Positions 9,152-19,070 of a DNA stretch of 64,000 nt are shown piece after piece. Within the stretch, counting starts at the first letter, position 1, and every line of letters starts with the position of its first letter. Origin of the DNA: Vulcanimicrobiota bacterium (GTDB lineage Bacteria; Vulcanimicrobiota; Vulcanimicrobiia; Eremiobacterales; Eremiobacteraceae). The notes below the pieces were generated by a model. It was given only the letters and a program-made list of their open reading frames with translations, was not told the origin of the DNA and searched no databases. A program made the translations under genes and the position numbers. Location: positions 832,001 through 896,000 of the forward strand of contig CAWETU010000001.1 of NCBI GenBank assembly GCA_963812135.1. Reading direction: 5' to 3'.

Positions 9152-10257
9152 GACAGTGCCGCATCGATGGCGATGCTGCAGCCTCTCGGCGGCTCGCCTG
9201 GCGCGCGTCCGAACAGCTCGAAGCCGCCGTCGACGTGACGCGCAAGATCGCCGGTCAGCACGGACGCGACAGAGCCGCGGTTGCTCAGGTCGAAGATCTG
9301 CAAGAGCCCGATATCCCCGTCAGGCAAGGGCGCGGCGGTCACGCGATCGACGACAAGCGTCTTGGCCCAGTGCGGCCCGACTTTGAGATGCGTGCGCGGT
9401 GCGTGGCCGCTGGAAAAGTCGCCGAGGTTGGCATCGTACCACTGGCTGCCCAGCTCGCACATGCCGTATTCGGAGACGCAGAGCTCGCGCGGCACGCCGA
9501 GCAGCGCGGAAAACCAGCCATAAAGCTCGTCGCGGTCAACCTCGCGCGATTTGCCCTTGAAACCGCCTGTCTCGACCACTCGACTGCCCGGCGGCAGCGA
9601 GAAGCGCTCGCCTGTGTCGGAACAGCGATCGAAGAGATGGACGAACGCGAAGGCGGTGCCGATGACCAGCACCGGGCTCTCGGCCGTTCGCAGCGCGCGA
9701 GCAGCGCCGGCGAAATCGATCGACGCTCCGTCGTGGAAGAAGCCGTCGCGGGGCGTGCCGAAGACGTCGCTGATCTTTGAGATCATGTACGAGAGCGAAG
9801 AGTTCGGCGCGAGCGAAAACGGCGGCGCAAGCGCCACGACTTGCATCGGGGCGGCGTCGAGCAGCACGCGCTGGCGGAAATGGGTCAAGAGAGACGAGTC
9901 GTACAGTTTCGTGTTCTCGAGCTCGAGTCGCGAGCGGCTCGCATGGGTCGTGCCGCTCGACAAGAATGCGATGCGCGCACGCTCCGGAGGAAAGCACGCC
10001 AATCTGACCTGCGAGAACGCCGCGGTCGGCACGGCCGGCACGTCCTGCCAACGGTACACCGACAACGGAGTGCTGCCTACGCGATCGCAATAGCGCCGGT
10101 ATGGCTCGTTGGCGGCGTACTGATACGCGAACAAGTCGACCGCAAGCCGGCCGAATGCCGCCGCGTCACCGTCCTCGCGCGCGATGAAACGGCCGATGCG
10201 CTCGTCAAGCTCGCCGGCGGATGGCGCGGTGCTGCGAAGCGCCCCTGAAGGTTGCAC
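9148..10257 (-). CDS. LuxE-like acyl-protein synthetase
   Basis: FLSSGTT, ETGGFKG, SEYGMCELGSQ, TGDL, C-terminal GRA..RGCS; GTG start at 10257 inferred. Confidence 0.85.
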   Translation of the reverse strand: MQPSGALRSTAPSAGELDERIGRFIAREDGDAAAFGRLAVDLFAYQYAANEPYRRYCDRVGSTPLSVYRWQDVPAVPTAAFSQVRLACFPPERARIAFLSSGTTHASRSRLELENTKLYDSSLLTHFRQRVLLDAAPMQVVALAPPFSLAPNSSLSYMISKISDVFGTPRDGFFHDGASIDFAGAARALRTAESPVLVIGTAFAFVHLFDRCSDTGERFSLPPGSRVVETGGFKGKSREVDRDELYGWFSALLGVPRELCVSEYGMCELGSQWYDANLGDFSSGHAPRTHLKVGPHWAKTLVVDRVTAAPLPDGDIGLLQIFDLSNRGSVASVLTGDLARHVDGGFELFGRAPGEPPRGCSIAIDAALS

Positions 10258-10315
10258 GATGCATGCATTTTTTGACAGGACAACGCGCTTCTCATCCGAA
10301 GCCGGACGACCCACC

Positions 10316-10714
10316 ATGCGGCAGCTCGAGATCGGCTTGACGTCGAGCAATGATTACGTGGCAACCCCCGAGCGGCTTGCAGACCGCTACGGCAATCCGG
10401 GCGTGCCGGTGCTTGCGACGCCGCACCTCGTGCACCTCGCCGAAGCCGAATGCGTGCGCTGCGTCCAGCCGTATCTGCGCGAGGGCGAATCCACCGTCGG
10501 CGTACGCCTCGACGTCCGACACGTGGCGGCGACTCCGGCGGGCATGCGCTTCACGATGCACGCGAAGCTCGCCGAGATCGATCGGCGCCGGCTGGTCTTC
10601 GAGGTCGAGGCGCGCGATGAGCACGGCGTGTGTTTCGCGGGCAGTCACGAACGTTTCGTCATCGAAACGGCGCCGTTTCTCGCGAAGGCGTTGGAGCGGG
10701 GGAAACGGACGTGA
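10316..10714 (+). CDS. Fluoroacetyl-CoA thioesterase (FlK)-like hotdog thioesterase
   Basis: VLATP..E, STVG, HVAATP, GSHERF. Confidence 0.85.
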   Translation: MRQLEIGLTSSNDYVATPERLADRYGNPGVPVLATPHLVHLAEAECVRCVQPYLREGESTVGVRLDVRHVAATPAGMRFTMHAKLAEIDRRRLVFEVEARDEHGVCFAGSHERFVIETAPFLAKALERGKRT

Positions 10715-10718
10715 CGCG

Positions 10719-11354
10719 GTGATCGTCGAGACCATCCCGGTTGGTGCGCTCATGTGCAACTGCGTCATTCTCGGGGACGAGCGCACGAAAGAGGCCATCG
10801 TCATCGACCCCGGCGATGACATCGATCAGATCAGCGCGGTGCTCGACAAACACGGCTTGCGCCTGCGGGCGATCGTCGCCACGCACGGCCATATCGACCA
10901 TGTCGGCGGCATCGCCAAGCTCAAGGCGCTGACCGGAGCCCCGGCGATGCTGCACGAAGCAGACCTTCCCATGTACCAGAATCTCGCCGAACAAGCGCGC
11001 TGGCTCGGCGTGCCGGCGCCGCCGACGACGGACATCGATAAGCATCTAAGCGATGCGCAGTCGCTCGAATTCGGCAGCCAAAAACTCGAAGTGCGGCATA
11101 CGCCCGGCCATTCGCCCGGCAGTGTCTCGTTCGTGCTGCCGCATGACGTGCCCGTGATCTTTGCCGGCGATACGCTATTCGCGGGCAGCATCGGACGAAC
11201 AGACCTGTGGGGTGGTTCGCTGGACCAGATCCTCAGGTCGATCCGCGGCACGCTGCTGCGCATGCCCGATGAGTCGATCGTGCTCCCCGGCCACGGGCCG
11301 CGCACGACGATCGGCATCGAGCGCGCGACTAACCCGTTTCTCGTGGAGAAGTGA
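10719..11354 (+). CDS. MBL-fold metallo-hydrolase (glyoxalase II-like)
   Basis: THGHIDH, HTPGHSPG, GDTLF, PGHG. Confidence 0.9.
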   Translation: MIVETIPVGALMCNCVILGDERTKEAIVIDPGDDIDQISAVLDKHGLRLRAIVATHGHIDHVGGIAKLKALTGAPAMLHEADLPMYQNLAEQARWLGVPAPPTTDIDKHLSDAQSLEFGSQKLEVRHTPGHSPGSVSFVLPHDVPVIFAGDTLFAGSIGRTDLWGGSLDQILRSIRGTLLRMPDESIVLPGHGPRTTIGIERATNPFLVEK

Positions 11355-11764
11355 TGTCAGAGAAGATAGGCAACGTCATACCGCCGCCCTTGCGATTCGA
11401 GATGGGAGCAGCCGAGCCCGCGAACGAGCCGGTTCGCGCGTTCTTGCTCGTCACCATCGATCAAGACCATCAACCACGCGTCGCGGTCCTCGCGCCCACC
11501 GAGGTGAACGCGCTCGACGAGCGGCGCTTGACTGTGAAAGTGCATTCCAAGAGCACGACGCAGAAGAACCTGCGGCGCAGCTTCAGCGCCTTGCTCTGGT
11601 GCGTGTTGGACGGGGCCGCCTATTCGATACGCGGCGGCGCCAAGCTGCACAAAGAACAAGATGAGTACGCGACCTTTGAGATGAGCGTCACCGAAGTGCT
11701 GCGCGACTTCTATGCCGACGCGCCGATGATCTCAGGCCCGACGTTCAAACGGATCCAGAAATAA
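11354..11764 (+). CDS. Pyridoxamine 5'-phosphate oxidase-like (split-barrel) protein
   Basis: LVTIDQDHQP..STTQKNLRR pattern; coupled to the upstream gene. Confidence 0.6.
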   Translation: MSEKIGNVIPPPLRFEMGAAEPANEPVRAFLLVTIDQDHQPRVAVLAPTEVNALDERRLTVKVHSKSTTQKNLRRSFSALLWCVLDGAAYSIRGGAKLHKEQDEYATFEMSVTEVLRDFYADAPMISGPTFKRIQK

Positions 11765-11766
11765 AA

Positions 11767-11793
11767 TAGCGGTCGAATAAATTCGACCGCTAC
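11767..11793 (-). repeat. REP family 1 copy
   Basis: Minus strand GTAGCGGTCGAATTTATTCGACCGCTA, between convergent genes. Confidence 0.8.
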
Positions 11794-11809
11794 AAAGCCG
11801 CGAAACTGG

Positions 11810-12187
11810 TTAAGAGGCGATGCCGCTTGCGAGCGAGGCTTGCAGCCGCCGTGCGTCCTCGAGCCGCTTGACCACCGGAGCTAGCCGGCTCACCGACGTC
11901 ACTTCGAACAGCTTGCGGATGGCAGGGTTCGCGCACACGACGACGGCACGCGCGCCGGCCTCTTCGAGCCTGCGCAGCGCCATGCTGAGCGCGCCGAAGC
12001 CGCCCGAGTCAGCGCTCTCGACCGACGACATGTCGATCGTGCACGTCCGCATGCCTGCCTCGATAAGCTTGGCGACGGCGCGGGTAAAGCGCCGCGAAAT
12101 GCTCGAATCGAGCTTGCGTCCGACCGAGATCGTGTCCGAAACTTTGAGGGCGCGCCGCGAGGCGAGCGATGTCGTATTGTTCTTCAT
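11810..12187 (-). CDS. STAS-domain anti-sigma factor antagonist
   Basis: IDMSSVESADSGGFGAL motif; NPAIRKLFEVT. Confidence 0.8.
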   Translation of the reverse strand: MKNNTTSLASRRALKVSDTISVGRKLDSSISRRFTRAVAKLIEAGMRTCTIDMSSVESADSGGFGALSMALRRLEEAGARAVVVCANPAIRKLFEVTSVSRLAPVVKRLEDARRLQASLASGIAS

Positions 12188-12359
12188 ATGTATTCTTTTA
12201 CGCATCGAACGCGAGCTCGATGCAAACACCTGAGCTTTGCTCAGGTTCTACCTAAGCTTACCTTGCTATGCTGTATATGTTACGAGAATGGGGTGAAAGC
12301 AAGATTAAACGACGGGGAGAAGCGCGGGCGTGCGACCATTGTCGCAGCGAGCTTAAGGG

Positions 12360-12767
12360 CTAGTTAAGCTTGGCGAACGCGTCCGCCGCCGTGCCGGCCT
12401 TTGACCCCTTGCGGTAGTTCTCGATCGTGATGCGCAGCGCCTCAAGAACGCGTTCCGGGTAGTCTTTCTTGCGCTCTGGGTATCCGCCGAGAAAGGCCTC
12501 GATCTGGTCCGGGGTGATGGCCGCCGCCTCGTCCACGGTCTTGCCCTTGGCGAGCTCGGTCAGGATGGCGCAAGTCGCGATCCCGAAGCCGCAACCGGTC
12601 GTGAAATAGGAGATGTCCTCGATGCGCTCGCTGCCGTCGACCTTAAGATAGATCGTATACATATCGCCGCACGAATCGGAGAAATACTCGCCCGTCGCGG
12701 TCGGGTCGGCCATTTGCGCGAACCCCGTGCGATTGGTCACGAGCTCTTGGAACTTCGGGAAATCCAT
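12360..12767 (-). CDS. IscU/NifU-N-like Fe-S scaffold protein (atypical)
   Basis: SCGD and TTGCGFGIATC; GKTVDEA; canonical third Cys missing. Confidence 0.8.
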   Translation of the reverse strand: MDFPKFQELVTNRTGFAQMADPTATGEYFSDSCGDMYTIYLKVDGSERIEDISYFTTGCGFGIATCAILTELAKGKTVDEAAAITPDQIEAFLGGYPERKKDYPERVLEALRITIENYRKGSKAGTAADAFAKLN

Positions 12768-13408
12768 TATTTGCCTCCGGCGTGTGCGGGAATCGCGAAT
12801 TCGCAGATGTCGTCGCCACGGGCGATCGACTGTCGCTGTTCGGCTTTGGCCGGCAACACCTCTTCCATGAGGGCGTGCACGACCGAGCAGACTTCTGGGT
12901 GGGTGGCCACGGTGTCGCGGAAAGGGCAGTTGTGCTCGCGTAGCACGAAGCCGTCGGCGCTGACCTCGTAGTCCGCCACCACGCCTTGCTCGCGCAGGAT
13001 CGTCGTCAATTCGGCGACCCGCTCTTGCGGCGTCTTGCCGGCGAAGCGCGCGGCGTACTTGCGCGCCGAGCGCTGTCCGATGTTGTGGAACAGCTCTTTG
13101 ACCTTGTCGCCGCCTTGCGACGCGGAGATCTCTTCGATCACAGCATTGAGCAATGTGCTGTAGCGCTGCGGGAAGAGCCGCCGGCCCTCGGCCGTCAGTG
13201 AGAAGACCAGGCTGGGTTTGGTCGGCCCGCGCCGCTCGGAAGTCTCGGCCACCAGCCCGTCGCGCTCCAAGCGCGCCAAATGCTGGCGGATGGCGTTTTG
13301 GGTCAGCTCATGCCCGGCCGCCAGCTCGGCGGCGGTCTGTGGGCCGCGCCGTTGAAGTGACTCGACGATGCGTCCGCGGGTCGTTTGGAAAAAGCGTGCT
13401 TCTCGCAT
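12767..13408 (-). CDS. sufR: SufR-like Fe-S-sensing transcriptional regulator
   Basis: N-terminal HTH (AIRQHLARLE), FPQRY, EHNCP..HPEVC..C; divergent from sufC. Confidence 0.8.
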   Translation of the reverse strand: MREARFFQTTRGRIVESLQRRGPQTAAELAAGHELTQNAIRQHLARLERDGLVAETSERRGPTKPSLVFSLTAEGRRLFPQRYSTLLNAVIEEISASQGGDKVKELFHNIGQRSARKYAARFAGKTPQERVAELTTILREQGVVADYEVSADGFVLREHNCPFRDTVATHPEVCSVVHALMEEVLPAKAEQRQSIARGDDICEFAIPAHAGGK

Positions 13409-13435
13409 AGTGTTGCCAGGTTTCCCGGCCCCTTA

Positions 13436-13478
13436 AGTATAAGGCACTATTGCAAGAATTTCAACATTTATCTATACT
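13436..13478. promoter_or_regulatory. Overlapping divergent sigma70 promoters for sufC and sufR
   Basis: Plus strand TTGCAA(13450)-17-TATACT(13473); minus strand TTGAAA(13464)-17-TATACT(13441). Confidence 0.7.
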
Positions 13479-13499
13479 ATCTAGGCCGGACCACCCGGT

Positions 13500-13523
13500 C
13501 GGTCGGTTAGAATCGACCGCTAC
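13500..13523 (-). repeat. REP family 1 degenerate copy in the sufC leader
   Basis: Minus strand GTAGCGGTCGATTCTAACCGACCG. Confidence 0.65.
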
Positions 13524-13543
13524 GAGCACCCTGAAAGGACCCC

Positions 13544-14305
13544 ATGGCTGACGTTATCCTTGAAGTCCGGGACCTGCACGTCAAGGTCGGCGACAATGAG
13601 ATCATCCGCGGCATCGACCTGAAGATCGAGCGCGGCACCGTGCACGCCCTCATGGGACCGAACGGCTCCGGCAAGAGTACGCTCTCGCTGGTGCTCATGG
13701 GGCATCCGAAGTACGCAGTGACGAGCGGTGACATCCTGTACCAGGGCCGCAGTATCCTCGAGATGCCGACGAACGAGCGCTCGCTGGCGGGCATGTTCCT
13801 CGCGTTCCAGTACCCGTCATCGGTGCCCGGCGTGAGCGTCGCCAATTTCATGCGCAACACGCTGATGGCGCGGCACAAGGGCGATGCGCCCTTGACGCCG
13901 GCGAAGTTTAAGGCGCTGCTCGACAACGCGGCGGCGAAACTCAAGGTGGATCCGAAGGTGCTGGGCCGCTACGTCAACGACGGTTTTTCCGGCGGCGAGA
14001 AAAAGCGCCTCGAAATGCTCCAGATGCTCGTGCTCCAACCCACGCTCGCGATCTTGGACGAAACCGACTCGGGGCTGGACATCGATGCGCTGCGCATCAT
14101 CGCCGAAGGCATCGAAGCTCAGCGCTCGCCCGAGCACTCGATTCTGCTCATCACGCATTACCAGCGCATCCTCAACTACGTGAAGCCGGACAAAGTACAC
14201 GTGCTCGTCAAGGGACGCATCGTCAAAGAAGGCGGACCGGAGCTCGCGCAAGAGCTCGAGCGCACCGGGTACGACCCCATCATCAAAGAATTGGCAACGG
14301 TGTAA
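13544..14305 (+). CDS. sufC: Fe-S cluster assembly ATPase SufC
   Basis: [40 protein letters not shown]. Confidence 0.97.
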   Translation: MADVILEVRDLHVKVGDNEIIRGIDLKIERGTVHALMGPNGSGKSTLSLVLMGHPKYAVTSGDILYQGRSILEMPTNERSLAGMFLAFQYPSSVPGVSVANFMRNTLMARHKGDAPLTPAKFKALLDNAAAKLKVDPKVLGRYVNDGFSGGEKKRLEMLQMLVLQPTLAILDETDSGLDIDALRIIAEGIEAQRSPEHSILLITHYQRILNYVKPDKVHVLVKGRIVKEGGPELAQELERTGYDPIIKELATV

Positions 14306-14306
14306 T

Positions 14307-15719
14307 ATGGCGCTCAAAGAGCAGCAGCTCGTCGACAAAGACTATAAGTACGGGTTCAGCGATCAGACCGAGAGCTACTCGTTCAAGTCGCGCAAGGGCA
14401 TCGATCACGACATCGTCGAGCAGATCTCGCAGATGAAGAAAGAGCCGCAGTGGATGCGCGATTTCCGCCACCGCGCGCTCGACATCTTCCTCGCCAAGCC
14501 GATGCCGGCGTGGGCGCACAACGAAGTCCTCGAGGCGATTGACTTTGACGACATCTACTATTATATGCGCGCGTCCGACCAAGAGGGCAAAACGTGGGAA
14601 GACGTGCCCGAGGACATCAAGCGCACGTTCGATCGGCTCGGCATCCCTGAGGCCGAGCGCAAGTTCCTGGGCGGCGTCACCGCGCAGTACGATTCCGAAG
14701 TGGTCTACCATAGCATCCGCAAGGATCTCGAGGCCAAGGGCGTGCTGTTCTCCGACATGGACACCGGCCTGCGCGAGCACGAGGACATCGTGCGCGAGCA
14801 TTTCGCGACCATCATCCCGCCCGGCGACAACAAGTTCTCCGCGCTCAACTCGGCGGTCTGGTCGGGCGGTTCGTTCATCTGGGTCCCGCCGGGAGTCCGC
14901 GTGGATATCCCGCTGCAGGCCTACTTCCGCATCAACTCTGAGAACATGGGTCAGTTCGAGCGCACGCTGATCATCGCCGAGCCCGGTTCGTTCGTGCACT
15001 ATATCGAAGGGTGCACGGCGCCGACGTTTTCGAGCAACTCGCTGCACTCGGCCGTCGTCGAGCTGATCGCCAAGGAAGGCGCGCACATCCGCTACACGAC
15101 GATCCAGAACTGGTACAAGACGGTCTACAACCTCGTGACCAAGCGCGCGATGGCGCACAAGAACGCGCACGTCGAGTGGGTCGATGGCAACATCGGGTCC
15201 AAGCTCACGATGAAGTATCCTTCAGTCTACCTCATGGGTGAGGGCGCGCGCGGCGAAGTGCTTTCCATCGCGTACGCGAGCGAAGGCCAGCATCAAGACG
15301 CCGGTGCGAAGATGATCCATGCTGCGCCGAACACGACCTCGATCATCACGAGCAAGTCGGTGAGCAAGAACGGCGGACGTACGAGCTATCGCGGTCTCAT
15401 CAAGGTGTACGAAGGCTGCGACGGCGTCAAGTCCAACGTGCGCTGCGACGCATTGCTGATGGATCCCGAATCGCGCTCGGACACGTACCCGACGATCGAA
15501 GTCGACGCCAAGGACGTACGCGTCGAGCACGAAGCGACCGTCTCCAAGGTCGGCGAAGAACAGCTGTTCTACGTCATGAGCCGCGGCCTCACCGAAGTCG
15601 AAGCGACGACGATGATCGTCAACGGCTTCTTCGAGCCCTTCGTCAAGGAACTTCCCATGGAATACGCGGTCGAGCTCAACCGGCTCATCGCGCTCGAGAT
15701 GGAAGGCTCCGTTGGCTAA
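14307..15719 (+). CDS. sufB: Fe-S cluster assembly protein SufB
   Basis: [35 protein letters not shown] end. Confidence 0.97.
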   Translation: MALKEQQLVDKDYKYGFSDQTESYSFKSRKGIDHDIVEQISQMKKEPQWMRDFRHRALDIFLAKPMPAWAHNEVLEAIDFDDIYYYMRASDQEGKTWEDVPEDIKRTFDRLGIPEAERKFLGGVTAQYDSEVVYHSIRKDLEAKGVLFSDMDTGLREHEDIVREHFATIIPPGDNKFSALNSAVWSGGSFIWVPPGVRVDIPLQAYFRINSENMGQFERTLIIAEPGSFVHYIEGCTAPTFSSNSLHSAVVELIAKEGAHIRYTTIQNWYKTVYNLVTKRAMAHKNAHVEWVDGNIGSKLTMKYPSVYLMGEGARGEVLSIAYASEGQHQDAGAKMIHAAPNTTSIITSKSVSKNGGRTSYRGLIKVYEGCDGVKSNVRCDALLMDPESRSDTYPTIEVDAKDVRVEHEATVSKVGEEQLFYVMSRGLTEVEATTMIVNGFFEPFVKELPMEYAVELNRLIALEMEGSVG

Positions 15720-16932
15720 GACGGAGTCCTCTGTAGCGGTCGAATTAATTCGACCGTCTCTTAGCCTCGACTCGATCAACGCATCATCCACCACCGAGCC
15801 GTCGTGGCTGCGCGAGATCCGCGCTGGCGCGTTCGGACGTTACGAAGCGATTCCGGCGCCGACCGAGCGCACTGAAGGGTGGCGCAGGCTCTCGCTCAAG
15901 GGCATCGACCTCACGCCGCCGGCGCAGGAGAGCTCTCCATTCAAAGTGACTGTCGCGAGCGTTGATCGCGCGCGTGGCGTGATCGCCAAGACGCTCGCCG
16001 ACGCGCTGGTCTCGCATGCGGAGCTCGTCAAAGAGGCGCTGGTCCAGGCACGCGGCGGCCGCACCGTCGGCAAGTATTCAGCCCTGGCCGAAGCGGCCTG
16101 GCTCGGCGGCGCATTCGTGTACGTCCCCGACGGCGTCGAGCTGAGCGGTCCGATTCTCGTCGAGGCGCAAAGCGGTACCTATCCTCGATTGGTCGTGATT
16201 CTCGGCAAGCAGGCGCGCGCATCGATCGCGGAAACGCACCGCGAGCGGGGGCCGTTCAGCGCGGGCATCACCGACCTCATCGTCGGCGCTGACTCGCGTC
16301 TGACCTACGCGCACGTGCAGGAGTGCGGGCCTGAGACGATCGTCTTCTCGCATCAACACGCGCGCGTCTCCAGCGGCGCGAAACTCGTGACGCTGAATCT
16401 CGGATCCGGCGGCACCCTCTCTAAGAGCGACATCGAAGTCGAACTCCTCGGCAGAGGCGCCGAGAGCGACATGCTCGGTCTGGTGTTCGGCCGGGGAACG
16501 CAGCAGTTCGACTATCATACGCTCCAAGGCCACCGCGCCACCGACACGCACAGCGATCTCCTCTTCAAGAGCGCGCTCGACGGACACGCGCATTCGCTGT
16601 ATACCGGCGTCATCGTCATCGAAAAGGGCGCGCAGCGCAGCGATGCGTATCAGGCGAACCGCAACTTGCTGCTCGCCGAAGGCGCCCGCGCCGACACCGA
16701 GCCGAAACTGGAGATCGAAGCCGACGACGTGCGCTGCACGCACGGCGCAACCGTCGGTCCGATCGACGCAGAGCAATTGTTTTACCTGGCGAGCCGCGGG
16801 CTCGACCGCGACACCGCCGCACGCCTGATCGTCGAAGGCTTCTTCCAAGACGTGCTCGACAAGGTCGGCGACGAGCGCCTCACGCGCCCGCTTGAGACAA
16901 AGTTCGCGCCGCACCTCGAGCACGAGGGCTAG
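15712..16932 (+). CDS. sufD: Fe-S cluster assembly protein SufD
   Basis: [29 protein letters not shown]. Confidence 0.93.
   Translation: MAKTESSVAVELIRPSLSLDSINASSTTEPSWLREIRAGAFGRYEAIPAPTERTEGWRRLSLKGIDLTPPAQESSPFKVTVASVDRARGVIAKTLADALVSHAELVKEALVQARGGRTVGKYSALAEAAWLGGAFVYVPDGVELSGPILVEAQSGTYPRLVVILGKQARASIAETHRERGPFSAGITDLIVGADSRLTYAHVQECGPETIVFSHQHARVSSGAKLVTLNLGSGGTLSKSDIEVELLGRGAESDMLGLVFGRGTQQFDYHTLQGHRATDTHSDLLFKSALDGHAHSLYTGVIVIEKGAQRSDAYQANRNLLLAEGARADTEPKLEIEADDVRCTHGATVGPIDAEQLFYLASRGLDRDTAARLIVEGFFQDVLDKVGDERLTRPLETKFAPHLEHEG
15733..15756 (+). repeat. REP family 1 copy, in frame within sufD
   Basis: GTAGCGGTCGAATTAATTCGACCG = codons 8-15 (VAVELIRP). Confidence 0.8.
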
Positions 16933-16942
16933 CGACCCCGTC

Positions 16943-17257
16943 GTGGCTACGCTGGTCGAGGTCGCCAAACTCGATGACGTGCCCGTCGGCAAGATCAAGG
17001 TCGTCGAGGTCAACGACAAGCGAATCGCGCTGTGTAACTACGATGGCAAGATCTATGCCATTGATGATGAGTGCACGCACGACCGCGGACCGCTCGACCA
17101 GGGCGAACTCATCGGCCACGAGGTCGAATGCCCGCGCCACGGCGCGCGTTTCGACATCGGGACCGGCCGCGCGACCTGCCTGCCTGCCGTCCGGCCGGTG
17201 AAGACATACCAGGTGACCGTCAACGGCGACGCCATCGCGGTGGAGGTGGACCAATGA
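16943..17257 (+). CDS. Rieske-type [2Fe-2S] ferredoxin
   Basis: CTH..CPRHG motifs. Confidence 0.92.
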   Translation: MATLVEVAKLDDVPVGKIKVVEVNDKRIALCNYDGKIYAIDDECTHDRGPLDQGELIGHEVECPRHGARFDIGTGRATCLPAVRPVKTYQVTVNGDAIAVEVDQ

Positions 17258-18516
17258 GCGCGCTGGCGCGGCCGCTCGTCCAAAGCCTCTCCGATGCGGA
17301 CGTCGAGCGCATTCGCGCAGACTTTCCCATCCTCAACGAGCGCCCGCACGGCAAAAAGCTCGTCTTCTTGGACAGCGCGGCGTCTTCGCAAAAACCGATT
17401 CAGGTCATCGATGCGATGGACGATTATTACCGGCGCTACCACGCCAACATCCATCGCGGCGTCTACCACATCAGCGAGCTCGCGACCGAAGCGTATGAAG
17501 AAGCGCGCGCCGCGGTGGCGCGCTTCATCGGCACGCCCTGCGCGGCCGAATGCATCTACGTCCGCAACGCGACCGAAGGTCTCAACCTCGTCGCCTACTC
17601 GTGGGGCCGCACCAACATCAAGCGCGGCGACGTCATCTTGCTCACCGAGATGGAACATCACTCCAATCTCGTGCCCTGGCAAGTCCTCGCTGAGCAGACC
17701 GGCGCGCACCTGCGCTTCGTGCCGGTGACGGACGACGGCCGGCTCGACCTCGCGCAGCTCGACACGCTGCTCGACGGCGCCAAGATCTTCGCGTTCACCG
17801 CGGTGAGCAACACCCTTGGGACCATCAACCCCGTGAAGCAACTCGCCGCGCGCGCGCGGGCCGCGGGCGCGATCAGCGTCGTCGACGCCTGCCAGGCCGT
17901 GCCGCGCATGCCGGTCGACGTCGTCGATTGGGGCGCGGATTTCGCCGCGTTCTCCGCCCATAAGATGCTGGGACCCACCGGCGTCGGCATCCTGTGGGGT
18001 CGCAAGGAACTGCTCGATGCGATGCCGCCCTTCTTGACGGGCGGCGGCATGATCGGCATCGTCGGGCTGGAGCATTCGACGTACGCCGACGTGCCCGCGC
18101 GCTTTGAGGCAGGCACGCCGGCGATCGCAGAAGCTGTCGGACTCAGCGCGGCGGTGCGCTATCTCGAAGCGGTCGGAATGGACCGCATCCACCAATATGA
18201 GATGTTCTTGGCGGACTACGCGCTGCGCCAGCTCGCCGAGGTGCCCAATGTGACGCTGTACGGTCCCGGCATCGAACACCGCAGCGGCGTGATCTCGATG
18301 ACCGTGGGCGACATCCATGCGCACGACTTGGCGAGCATCCTCGACAGCGAAGGCGTCTGCGTGCGTGCCGGCCACCATTGCAACCAGCCGCTCATGGAGA
18401 AGCTCGGCGTGGCGGCGACCGCGCGCGCGTCGTTCTACCTGTACAACACGCTGGCTGAAGTCGACGCGCTGATCAGCGCGATCGAGAAAGCGAAGCGGAT
18501 CTTCAAGATCGCGTGA
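17254..18516 (+). CDS. sufS: Cysteine desulfurase SufS
   Basis: LDSAASSQKP, EHHSN, FSAHKM, RAGHHCNQP. Confidence 0.96.
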   Translation: MSALARPLVQSLSDADVERIRADFPILNERPHGKKLVFLDSAASSQKPIQVIDAMDDYYRRYHANIHRGVYHISELATEAYEEARAAVARFIGTPCAAECIYVRNATEGLNLVAYSWGRTNIKRGDVILLTEMEHHSNLVPWQVLAEQTGAHLRFVPVTDDGRLDLAQLDTLLDGAKIFAFTAVSNTLGTINPVKQLAARARAAGAISVVDACQAVPRMPVDVVDWGADFAAFSAHKMLGPTGVGILWGRKELLDAMPPFLTGGGMIGIVGLEHSTYADVPARFEAGTPAIAEAVGLSAAVRYLEAVGMDRIHQYEMFLADYALRQLAEVPNVTLYGPGIEHRSGVISMTVGDIHAHDLASILDSEGVCVRAGHHCNQPLMEKLGVAATARASFYLYNTLAEVDALISAIEKAKRIFKIA

Positions 18517-18926
18517 CCGACGATACGTATACCGGGATGGACGAGCTTTATCGCGACTTCATCCTCGACCACTACCGCAACCCGCGCAACGCCGGCACGC
18601 TCGACGATGCCGATGCGTCCTTTGAGGACATCAACCCGCTATGCGGCGACAAGATCCGCATGGATCTGAAGATCCGCGACAACGTCGTCACGGATGTGAA
18701 GTTCAAAGGGCGCGGCTGCGCGATCTCGCAAGCCTCAGCCTCGCTGCTCACCGAGCAGATCAAGGGCAAGACGCTCGCCGAGATCAGCAAGATCGGCAAG
18801 GAAGACGTGCTCGAAAACGTGGGGATCAACATCTCCGCGGCGCGGCTCAAGTGCGCGCTCTTGGGACTCAAGGTCCTCAAACAGGCGCTGGCGTTGAAGT
18901 ATTCTGACGAGGACGCGGCCGGCTGA
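18513..18926 (+). CDS. sufU: SufU sulfur-transfer protein
   Basis: ILDHYRNPRN, NPLCGD, GCAISQAS, RLKCALL; follows sufS. Confidence 0.88.
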   Translation: MTDDTYTGMDELYRDFILDHYRNPRNAGTLDDADASFEDINPLCGDKIRMDLKIRDNVVTDVKFKGRGCAISQASASLLTEQIKGKTLAEISKIGKEDVLENVGINISAARLKCALLGLKVLKQALALKYSDEDAAG

Positions 18927-19070
18927 CACATGCACGCAGCTTTTGCGTGATTTAACACAGATTCGCCAGGAAATGACGGTTCATCGCGTCGTAACAGGGC
19001 GATAGGCTTTTCAACGCTTAGAAACGCTTTTCGCTCCGCTTCGCTCGTAACGGGGACCAACTCACACCGC

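Noticed and set aside
7973..10257. Bioluminescence operon
   Set aside because: No luxA, luxB or luxD in the window
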